This document shows, piece after piece, positions 47,606 to 55,626 of a stretch of DNA of 64,000 bases. Every line of letters begins with the position of its first letter. Within the stretch, counting starts at the first letter, position 1. The stretch comes from an uncultured Halobacteriales archaeon (GTDB lineage: Archaea; Halobacteriota; Halobacteria; Halobacteriales; Hikarchaeaceae), in contig CAZQZO010000004.1 in NCBI GenBank assembly GCA_964597855.1, forward strand, positions 24,219 through 88,218, in the 5' to 3' direction. The position numbers and the translations under genes were made by a program. The notes under the pieces were generated by a model that was given only the letters and a program-made list of their open reading frames with translations, had not been told where the DNA came from and searched no databases.

Positions 47606-48537
47606 AAGAATCACTGAAAGAAGCCCTTCATATCTATGTGAAAGGAGTTTTTATGGGAACTGCAAATATAGTCCCTGGACTATCTGGAGGAACAATTGCA
47701 CTTATAATCGGTATATATGATCGTCTTTTATCTAGCATCTCCGCATTTAACCTATCACTTTTATCTAACTTGATCCATTCACGAAATCCTTCTTCAAAAT
47801 TAAATTTTCAGAACTCTATCCGCGAATTGGATCTGCCATTTTTAGCACCTTTATCAATTGGGATATTAACCGCAATAGTGATCCTTTCTAATTTTATTTC
47901 ATTTGCATTTGTACATTTTCGTGCTTCTGCAAATTCATTTTTCCTAGGCATTTTGGTAATGTCACTAATCCTACTTTATAATGAAGTTAGATTGGATTCC
48001 ATTTTTAGGATTGCATCAACAATACTTGCATTCTCGATTTCTTTTTTCTTATCTGGAAACATTTCTGTCATCCAAACTTCCCCTGGATTTTTTTATATTT
48101 TTATCTCTGGTGTGTTAGCTAGTCTCGCCATGCTACTCCCCGGAATTTCCGGGGCTGCTCTACTTTATATTATCGGATTTTACGAGTTCTTGCTTACAAC
48201 TCTAAATGAGTTCTTATTTTCTTTACCTGCATTATTCACTGGAGATTATCAAACTATCTTAAAATCAACACTGATTCTTTTTGTGTTTGGTTTTGGATTC
48301 TCTATCGGACTGATCAATTCTGCAAAATTTGTAAAACTTGCCTTAACTCGAGATCGTGCAACGACAATGTCTGTTCTAATTGCACTAATGGTGGGCTCCT
48401 TTAGATTTCCAATTTCTGAAATAGTTAACAACACCCCCTCTTCAAACTTCGGTTCAATCCTTCTGATTTTATTTTCTTTTTTAGCAGGGGTATTTGTACC
48501 TTATATATTATCTCTGGTATATAATTCTTCTACTTGA
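47602..48537 (+). CDS. DUF368 family membrane protein (PopT-like polyprenyl-phosphate translocase homologue)
   Basis: GTANIVPGLSGGTIALIIGIYDRL, with an internal repeat LLPGISGAALLYIIGFYEFL, are DUF368 signatures. ATGA overlap with the aglB stop. Confidence 0.8.
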   Translation: MKESLKEALHIYVKGVFMGTANIVPGLSGGTIALIIGIYDRLLSSISAFNLSLLSNLIHSRNPSSKLNFQNSIRELDLPFLAPLSIGILTAIVILSNFISFAFVHFRASANSFFLGILVMSLILLYNEVRLDSIFRIASTILAFSISFFLSGNISVIQTSPGFFYIFISGVLASLAMLLPGISGAALLYIIGFYEFLLTTLNEFLFSLPALFTGDYQTILKSTLILFVFGFGFSIGLINSAKFVKLALTRDRATTMSVLIALMVGSFRFPISEIVNNTPSSNFGSILLILFSFLAGVFVPYILSLVYNSST

Positions 48538-48600
48538 TTTGATTTTCCTCAAGACTTTCCAATCGATAGGCTCATTTTTTTGTATTGTCAGTCTCAACCA

Positions 48601-49272
48601 ATGAATCCTCCTCTTGCCATCGATATAGATGGTACAATGTCTCGGGAAGACCGTTCTATTGAAGGTCGTATATTCGATGCTCTGAGAAATTGGGATGGCA
48701 CTATTGTAGTCGCAACAGGAAAAGCAGTACCCTACCCAATCGCACTCTGCGATTACATAGGCATAGATATATTGGTTGTTGCAGAGAATGGAGGGGTCAT
48801 AGTTCATAATGACGATCTCATTCCTACCTATGATCTCTCCGCCCTCCATGATTTTGACAAAGCGTTTCGTGGGGACGGACACGACTATGGCTGGCCGGGA
48901 TCCGATCTGGTAAATCGATGGAGACAAACAGAAATAGCAGCATCCCACAGTGTCCCTTTAGATCTCCTCAAAAAATATGCTAGCCAATTCAATCTGAACG
49001 TAGTAGATAGCAATTACGCATATCATATTGGCCCATCTGGTGTGGATAAAGGGGTCGGGCTGCGTGCAATTTCCAAACGAATCGGACTCAACCCAATGGA
49101 TTTTGTTTCCATCGGAGATTCTGAGAATGATATCCCTTTATTTCTTGCAACCGGGAATTCGTATGCAGTTTCAAATGCCTCCCCCTCTGTCCGAAAGATG
49201 GCAAATAATGTGACTACTTTACCTTCTGCATCGGGGTTACTAGAGGTTCTCTCTTCTTTAAAAACAGATTAA
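48601..49272 (+). CDS. HAD-IIB phosphatase (archaeal phosphoglycolate phosphatase / Cof-like)
   Basis: AIDIDGT (DxDGT), DKGVGL and IGDSENDIPLF...AVSNA motifs. Start at ATG 48601. Confidence 0.75.
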   Translation: MNPPLAIDIDGTMSREDRSIEGRIFDALRNWDGTIVVATGKAVPYPIALCDYIGIDILVVAENGGVIVHNDDLIPTYDLSALHDFDKAFRGDGHDYGWPGSDLVNRWRQTEIAASHSVPLDLLKKYASQFNLNVVDSNYAYHIGPSGVDKGVGLRAISKRIGLNPMDFVSIGDSENDIPLFLATGNSYAVSNASPSVRKMANNVTTLPSASGLLEVLSSLKTD

Positions 49273-49589
49273 ATTTCTTTTTTTCTCCCGTTTACAAACC
49301 CATCTCTCCATTTTTTAAACATTTCATCGGTCCAATCTTCATCAAACCTCTCGATACATGGAATTTCATAAGGGATCAAACTCTTTATTCTCGAAACCAT
49401 TTCTTCAAACATTTCATTTGAAGTTTTAATTATAAGTATGGATTCTTCCACATTTTGAATTTCGCCACCCCACTCATACATTGAATTACACTCTATTATA
49501 TTCACACAAGCAGCGAGGCGCTCTTCAACAATCTTACATGCTATTTCTTCAGATAATTCTCTTGGAACTGTTGCATACCCCGTCGACAT
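49269..49589 (-). CDS. cutA: Divalent-cation tolerance protein CutA
   Basis: ERLAACVNI...SMYEWGGEIQNVEESILIIKT is the CutA1 signature. The ATG at 49589 overlaps the upstream stop (TAATG). Confidence 0.8.
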   Translation of the reverse strand: MSTGYATVPRELSEEIACKIVEERLAACVNIIECNSMYEWGGEIQNVEESILIIKTSNEMFEEMVSRIKSLIPYEIPCIERFDEDWTDEMFKKWRDGFVNGRKKEI

Positions 49590-49783
49590 TATACTACTTC
49601 TATGATTGATTTGTGAGTCCCTGTTATGTCCCATTCATGCATACAGAACCTCTCACCTACCATCTCTTTACCATCTACCTCTCCAATTTCCCAATTACTA
49701 GTCTTTTCACTCCATTCATCCACCCTCCCGCATAAAGTACATTCGCGTTCTGTTGGTGGACATAAACGAACCTCATCGGACAT
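49589..49783 (-). CDS. Small zinc-ribbon protein with HEWD motif
   Basis: 64 aa. CPPTERECTLCG ... FCMHEWD. I recall HEWD family protein as an annotation used for small archaeal proteins. A palindromic ATTTAAAT lies about 30 nt upstream. Confidence 0.45.
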   Translation of the reverse strand: MSDEVRLCPPTERECTLCGRVDEWSEKTSNWEIGEVDGKEMVGERFCMHEWDITGTHKSIIEVV

Positions 49784-49865
49784 ACTCTTTCACGTTGATC
49801 TCTGTAGTATTTAAATGGATCTACAAATTCGATACATGTAAGCCATCGAACGTACAATCAACCCT

Positions 49866-51146
49866 ATGACTTCTGGAACCCACGTAGGTTCCATCAAACT
49901 CATTGGAACCTCTCATGTTTCAAAAGATAGTGTGGATCTAGTTACTCGCACGATTGAAAATGATCTCCCCGATGTGGTCGCGGTTGAGTTAGATACTATT
50001 AGATACAAGCAACTTTGCGACGATTTACCTGATGAATTAGCCCCAAATAAATTCCTAAATAACAAAGCAATTTTCCAATTTTTAGCATATTGGTTACTCT
50101 CCACAATCCAGAAAAAAATAGGAAAGCATTTTGGCGTTACCCCCGGGGCGGATATGAAAGCTGCAATAGATGTGGCACGAGAGAATCAAATTAATTTGGC
50201 CCTTGTGGACCGGGATATCCAAATAACGATAAATCGATTTTGGAATAGCATTTCTCTATTACAAAAAATAAAATTAGTCTGGGAGCTCATATCTAGTATC
50301 ACGAGTTTGAATTCCTTCTTTACTTCAAATGAATATGATCCCTCTGCTATGGAAGATACCGATATAGTAACTGCCATGATAACCGAATTTCGTAAATTTT
50401 CCCCCCGTGGGGCGCAGGCACTCATCGACGAACGAGATGCGTATATTGCCCACCAACTACTAAAAATAGCCACCGTAGAAACGAACATAGTTGCAGTAGT
50501 GGGGGCTGGCCATGTTTCTGGAATTGAGAAATACCTTTCCCATCCCGAGAAACTTCCACCTCTTGACTCTTTAACTCAACTTTCACATAAAACCCATTTC
50601 CCAATTTTCAAACTTATTGGATATCTCATCGCTTTGGCATTTATTTCCTTTTTCATTTTGTTAGTCATGGCAGGGGTACAAAATACGTTCTTACTTCGAC
50701 TATTCTTTTCTTGGGTTTTATTTAATGCCATTTTTGCTTTCACCTTCGCCAAACTTGCGGGTGCACATTGGACTAGTGCAACCGTTGGTGGGTTAGTCGC
50801 TTGGGCAACTAGTCTCAATCCCCTATTAGCTCCTGGGTGGTTCGCAGGATATGTTGAACTAAAACACCTTTCGATTTCAACATCTGACCTTGAAAAACTA
50901 AATGAAATATTTGACAATAAAGATACGCCAACCTCATCTCTCTTGTCTAGTTTATATGATGTACCTTTATTCAAATTGATTATGATAGTTGCAATGACCA
51001 ATATTGGGAGTATTATCGCTAGTTTTCTATTTCCCTTTGTAATCATCCCCCTCATCGCCCCTGATATCGGCGGCATATCTGCTCTGTTCGACGCACTTTT
51101 GCAAGGAGTGGAGAATATCCTTGATATTCTTATATTAATCCTTTAA
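49866..51146 (+). CDS. TraB/PrgY family protein with C-terminal TM domain
   Basis: IKLIGTSHVSKDSVDLV and VGAGHVSGI motifs typical of the TraB family, with a hydrophobic C-terminal half. Confidence 0.75.
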   Translation: MTSGTHVGSIKLIGTSHVSKDSVDLVTRTIENDLPDVVAVELDTIRYKQLCDDLPDELAPNKFLNNKAIFQFLAYWLLSTIQKKIGKHFGVTPGADMKAAIDVARENQINLALVDRDIQITINRFWNSISLLQKIKLVWELISSITSLNSFFTSNEYDPSAMEDTDIVTAMITEFRKFSPRGAQALIDERDAYIAHQLLKIATVETNIVAVVGAGHVSGIEKYLSHPEKLPPLDSLTQLSHKTHFPIFKLIGYLIALAFISFFILLVMAGVQNTFLLRLFFSWVLFNAIFAFTFAKLAGAHWTSATVGGLVAWATSLNPLLAPGWFAGYVELKHLSISTSDLEKLNEIFDNKDTPTSSLLSSLYDVPLFKLIMIVAMTNIGSIIASFLFPFVIIPLIAPDIGGISALFDALLQGVENILDILILIL

Positions 51147-51861
51147 AATCTTTGAAACCTTGGATGTCCACGCCATCTTCTGTAATCACCGCTAAATAAA
51201 TTCCATCTCCACTAGCAGTATCTCTCTGACTAGCACTTTTAATTGCATGTGCTGCAACAGAAGAAGCCTCTTTGTTGGTCATTCCCTCTTCATACTTGTC
51301 TTCCAGTACCCCATATGCCAACTGCATCCCACTGCCTGTAGCAACATAGTTATCTAGCATAACTGCCCCTCCTATGTCCAAGCTGTATACTTGATTTCCT
51401 CCTTTGTCTACTCCTCCTAATATTGGGGATATTAGAAATACAGTCCAGTTGCTTCTAAGGAAATTTCCAGCCAATGTAGCAAGTGCCTTGATACTCATTT
51501 CCTTGCCTCTCCTCATTCCGTATAGATTGGTTTCTGCCTTCAGCGAACGGATAAAAGCCTGAGCTCCCCCTACCGACCCACACATGGTTACCGCGGCATT
51601 TGGATGTACTTGTTCTACTTTCTGAACATCTTTACTTGCGATAAATCTGCCTCCTAAACTAGCTCTCATGTCTGTTGCCAATACCACACCTTCTGCGGTA
51701 GACAATCCAATTGTTGTCGTCCCTGTCTTTACAACTTCTTCCATTTCCTCTCGACCCATTTTTTGCTGAGGCACGTTCCCCAATTCGGGTCCATATGGAT
51801 TTGAAAATAATTTTCTTCTTGTACTTATTCGAGAATCCGTATCTGAGGTAGTAGTCATCAT
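51130..51861 (-). CDS. psmB: Proteasome subunit beta (with propeptide)
   Basis: GTTTIGL active-site Thr after a propeptide of about 45 aa, plus GSG and other Ntn-hydrolase motifs. The 3' end overlaps the TraB 3' end by 17 nt (convergent). Confidence 0.9.
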   Translation of the reverse strand: MMTTTSDTDSRISTRRKLFSNPYGPELGNVPQQKMGREEMEEVVKTGTTTIGLSTAEGVVLATDMRASLGGRFIASKDVQKVEQVHPNAAVTMCGSVGGAQAFIRSLKAETNLYGMRRGKEMSIKALATLAGNFLRSNWTVFLISPILGGVDKGGNQVYSLDIGGAVMLDNYVATGSGMQLAYGVLEDKYEEGMTNKEASSVAAHAIKSASQRDTASGDGIYLAVITEDGVDIQGFKDFKGLI

Positions 51862-51977
51862 CCCATGTTACTTGCCTCTATACATAAAGCCTCAACGCTT
51901 CGAAGATGGAGTACCACTATGCCCTCTCCCCAATCTCCTCAAGAAACACTTATGTATAACTCCTGGTTATTATTTTT

Positions 51978-52541
51978 ATGGAGTTACCTACCCCCCAATC
52001 TCTGAAAAACCGAAGAATCGAGCTTGGATTAACTCAAAATGAACTTGGAATGCGAGCAGGAGTATCTCAACCCTTGATAGCCAGAATAGAGGGAGGAGAC
52101 GTCGACCCCCGGTTATCAACACTTCGCAGAATCGTGAACGCCATGGATGAAAAATCTGGATCTCTGGTCCGTGCAGAGATTCTAATGCACCAGGATGTTA
52201 TCAGTGTATCCCCTGCAGAAACAGTACAGGACGCCGTTAAGCGTATGCAGGACACTGGATATTCCCAATTACCTGTAATCCAGGATGGATCTTCTGTCGG
52301 TTCTATTAGCGATTCTGACATCATTCAGTCTCATGCAAAATATGCAGAAATAGGCGATTTATCTGTGAGTGAAATCATGGGAGAGAGTTTCCCAACAGTC
52401 AGTAAAAATTCCACCCTGGATGAAATTTCTAGTTTACTGTACCATTACAAAGCCATTGTTGTTATGGACTCTGGGACCACCGTTGGAATCATAACCCAAG
52501 CAGATGTAGCCGCATATCTCGGCACTGATACTTCTGCTTAA
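51978..52541 (+). CDS. HTH (XRE-type) plus tandem CBS domain regulator
   Basis: The N-terminal RRIELGLTQNELGMRAGVSQPLIARIE HTH is followed by two CBS-like repeats. Confidence 0.8.
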   Translation: MELPTPQSLKNRRIELGLTQNELGMRAGVSQPLIARIEGGDVDPRLSTLRRIVNAMDEKSGSLVRAEILMHQDVISVSPAETVQDAVKRMQDTGYSQLPVIQDGSSVGSISDSDIIQSHAKYAEIGDLSVSEIMGESFPTVSKNSTLDEISSLLYHYKAIVVMDSGTTVGIITQADVAAYLGTDTSA

Positions 52542-52594
52542 TCAAACCCCCTCTATCAGTTTTCTCAATATCTCAAATCTAACACAGTTCCTAT

Positions 52595-54283
52595 CTATGA
52601 ATTAAATAATTGTTCAATTTTCTTTAAGGTATCTGCGTCACTTGGTTTTTTATCGTTACGAACAGAGACTACCCGTGGAAATCTAAGCGCATATCCTGAA
52701 GAATAATTAGAAGAGCGCTGGATTTCTTCGTATCCCACTTCCAGGACAATTTCTGGTGTTAACGTTACCATTTTTCCAGCTTGGCTTTCTATATATGGAC
52801 GTAACAATTCGGTCATCGACTCTAGTTCTGCATCTGTAATTCCCGTCCCCACTCTACCAATATTTTTATACACCATACTCGAATCTTCCGCCGACGAAAT
52901 AACCGAGAGTTCAAACGCTCCCAAAAAATTTGCCCGACGTCCTTTCCCCCACTCCGCCCCTGTGATCACACAATCAAGGGTATCCACACTCGGTTTACAT
53001 TTTAACCAATTCTTCCCCCTCTTCCCCGGTGCATACAATGAATCTGGATTTTTCAACATGATCCCTTCAAACCCACTTTCTAAAAATTCTAACTCCATTT
53101 TCTTTATTTTCTCCGAATCATCGGTGAGAACAAGGGGGGAACTCCCCTTTTTTAAAATGGAATCAAGGTGTTCCCTTCGTAAGGATAATGGGGAATCTAA
53201 TAGGTCAAACCCGTCTGCATGAATGCAATCAAAAAAATAAGGCCTAAGCTGAACTTCTCTTCGGGCCTTTTCAATATTATGTTTGCGTCTAAATCTACGA
53301 AGAACTTCTTGGAACGGCAGTGAATTTCCATCAGAATCTGTGGCAACGACTTCTCCATCAAGAATAGCAGGCTTAGAAAGATTCTCTTGAAGAAATTCAA
53401 CCACTTCCGGAAGTGGATTAGTGACATCTTCCATATTTCTAGAATAAAGACGAATCGAATCTCCATTATAGTGCGCTTGAATTCGAGCACCATCATATTT
53501 TGGTTCCACTGATATCTGTTTCCAGGTAGAAAGTGCGTCTTCGATAGTACTAGATTGAGCCAACATGGAACTAACGGGCCTTCCAATTTTTAATTTAATT
53601 TCGTGTACACCTTCAATTCCTTCATCCCGGGCCACTTCTGCTACAAAACCAAAATCGTTTGAAACTTGAAGTGCCCTTTCAACATCTGGAATTGGTATGC
53701 CAAAAGCTGCTGATATGGCATCTCTAATTGCCCCTTCTCCCACGCCAATACGCATTTCTGATAAAACCAATCTCGCAAGATATCTAGCTTCTAGAGGTCC
53801 GCATAAATTGAATAAATTTGAGAGAACACGGCGCTTTTTTTCCAAACTTCCCGCCCCCTGAATAGAAGCTATGGTATAAAGATCTGAATATAATTCAGAT
53901 AAGGTCATTGCGGCCGTTTCTTCCGATCCAAATGAAAACAATCCTCGCTGAGAACCCGAATTATATTTTTCAGCAACAATCCCTATTTCGCCAAGGCTTG
54001 CTAAGTCATTTTCAATATCCCCCACTGTAACATCCGAACTCGCCGCAGAAGCTATCGCATTATAACACAGACTAGGTCCGATATCCAGCTTTTGATCATC
54101 CCACGCGGGAAAAACACGTCCCAAGAGAAATCTGACAACAATTTTGATGTCAGGACTCTCCTCATTGACTAGGTCTACTATCAGGTCGCGAATCGAGAGA
54201 TCTGACGACTCGTCTTCGATTTCTCTTAGCCGATTTGCAAACTGTATAAGTTCCATTGGATCGTGTACCCAGTCGATATGCAT
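52595..54283 (-). CDS. lig: ATP-dependent DNA ligase
   Basis: Adenylation motif I, EPKYDGARIQ, plus EGIMLK, and an OB-fold C-terminal domain. 562 aa. Confidence 0.9.
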   Translation of the reverse strand: MHIDWVHDPMELIQFANRLREIEDESSDLSIRDLIVDLVNEESPDIKIVVRFLLGRVFPAWDDQKLDIGPSLCYNAIASAASSDVTVGDIENDLASLGEIGIVAEKYNSGSQRGLFSFGSEETAAMTLSELYSDLYTIASIQGAGSLEKKRRVLSNLFNLCGPLEARYLARLVLSEMRIGVGEGAIRDAISAAFGIPIPDVERALQVSNDFGFVAEVARDEGIEGVHEIKLKIGRPVSSMLAQSSTIEDALSTWKQISVEPKYDGARIQAHYNGDSIRLYSRNMEDVTNPLPEVVEFLQENLSKPAILDGEVVATDSDGNSLPFQEVLRRFRRKHNIEKARREVQLRPYFFDCIHADGFDLLDSPLSLRREHLDSILKKGSSPLVLTDDSEKIKKMELEFLESGFEGIMLKNPDSLYAPGKRGKNWLKCKPSVDTLDCVITGAEWGKGRRANFLGAFELSVISSAEDSSMVYKNIGRVGTGITDAELESMTELLRPYIESQAGKMVTLTPEIVLEVGYEEIQRSSNYSSGYALRFPRVVSVRNDKKPSDADTLKKIEQLFNS

Positions 54284-54385
54284 AAACGCACCGAGAGAAA
54301 ACGATCCCCCTATTCAAAAGATTGAGCCGGCTTATCATCACCTCTCTGTATTCCCCTTTTCACTTTCACCACGCTCTAGGCTGAG

Positions 54386-54396
54386 ATATATATAAT
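54386..54396 (+). promoter_or_regulatory. TATA-like ATATATATAAT about 30-40 nt upstream of the small zinc-ribbon ORF
   Basis: Motif and spacing only. Confidence 0.3.
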
Positions 54397-54425
54397 CTTG
54401 AGTAAAAGAATATTCATAAAAGATC

Positions 54426-54542
54426 ATGATATCAAGAAAATCAACTTGCCCCAATTGTAAACAAGGGTATATAATAGGGACTTTTGGATGTACCTATTGC
54501 GGTACCTCTGGAGTGAACACCTCCTTATTTGCCTATAATTAG
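54426..54542 (+). CDS. 38-aa double-CxxC zinc-ribbon micro-protein (not in ORF track)
   Basis: Manual translation gives MISRKSTCPNCKQGYIIGTFGCTYCGTSGVNTSLFAYN, ending at TAG 54540-54542. It sits in an otherwise empty 263-nt spacer and is preceded by a TATA-like box. Confidence 0.35.
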   Translation: MISRKSTCPNCKQGYIIGTFGCTYCGTSGVNTSLFAYN

Positions 54543-54546
54543 TTAT

Positions 54547-55626
54547 TTATATAATTCCCATTTCTGAAAGCCTCTTAGGTAAGTACTCTTCAGTAACGAA
54601 GTCCAAACCTCTAGAAGCTAGTGCTTGCTGCTCTGCCTTTTTACCCAATTCGAGCTGTAGTTCTATCTGTTTGGTCCAATATTCACTCTGAAATCTTGGA
54701 TCTTGAAGTTCACTTTTTAAAGCGTTTATATCTGCATCAGCCAACTGATCCGAGGGGAGGTCATACTCTATAATGTCTACTGGCTGAATCCCTACAAATT
54801 GTGCAGCAGGAGTAGCAAGTTCTGGACTTAAATGTGCACTTTTAACAGATCCATACGCCACAGATCCAAAAATTCTATAACTCCATGGATCTCCATCTGT
54901 GAAAACTAACACTGGAAGATTAAGCTCTCCATTTAACCTCTTTATCAACCTCCTGGTCGCCCGGGCAGGTTGTCCCTTCAAATGCACAATAATGGAATTA
55001 TAATCTTCATCAAATCCGTTTTCAACTAGTCGATCTCGCATACCCCCTGTCTCAACCGCCATAACAAAATCTGCAGAGTGATCAATAAATTTAATCCTAT
55101 CTGTGTTTGCTGGAATTTGATAACCTCCCTCCCCAACATCCTCTTGACAGTGAATTTCACGCTCCCCCCTTCGTGTTTTTTCTTCAATTTTAAGAGGGCC
55201 AATTACTGTCGCACCCGATTCTTCAGGACGCATATGAAAATCTTCCCGTCTTACGCCTGATACTATTTCTAGATCTTCAATTAGCTGATTAGATTCTTCT
55301 TGAGCGTTAAATTTTGCTTCCTTTTCTCTCCAACTTTCTGATATATAATATAACTCCCTCAGCGTTGAAGATCTATTTTCATTAAGCTGTTTAGTTAAAA
55401 ATTCAATTGTAAACGCAGCCTTTAATAATTTCGTTGCACCTCCTATATTATTTGCAATTCTAGTTGTATTTTTTTCCCCATAGACCCATACTTTTAAGTC
55501 TTCGTCATATACTATATTTGATTTATTTCTAGTTGGTAATTGCATTGAAGGGACATTTCCTTCCATCAATTGGTCATAAAATTTCTCTGCAATTTCAATA
55601 AGTTTTTTGTGCCCTTTGGAGTTCAT
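54547..55626 (-). CDS. top6A: DNA topoisomerase VI subunit A
   Basis: Spo11/Top6A winged-helix region with catalytic Tyr (RELYYIS), and a Toprim with [12 protein letters not shown]. Confidence 0.9.
   Translation of the reverse strand: MNSKGHKKLIEIAEKFYDQLMEGNVPSMQLPTRNKSNIVYDEDLKVWVYGEKNTTRIANNIGGATKLLKAAFTIEFLTKQLNENRSSTLRELYYISESWREKEAKFNAQEESNQLIEDLEIVSGVRREDFHMRPEESGATVIGPLKIEEKTRRGEREIHCQEDVGEGGYQIPANTDRIKFIDHSADFVMAVETGGMRDRLVENGFDEDYNSIIVHLKGQPARATRRLIKRLNGELNLPVLVFTDGDPWSYRIFGSVAYGSVKSAHLSPELATPAAQFVGIQPVDIIEYDLPSDQLADADINALKSELQDPRFQSEYWTKQIELQLELGKKAEQQALASRGLDFVTEEYLPKRLSEMGII

Noticed and set aside
48508-48948. 146-aa minus-strand ORF overlapping the HAD phosphatase gene and the end of the DUF368 gene
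   Set aside because: It is Cys/Tyr/Ile-rich with no motifs and is fully antisense to a gene with clear HAD motifs (DxDGT, GDSENDIPLF).
50576-51076. 166-aa minus-strand ORF inside the TraB gene
   Set aside because: It is antisense to the hydrophobic C-terminal domain of TraB, has no recognisable motifs, and the plus-strand ORF is continuous from the conserved TraB N-domain.
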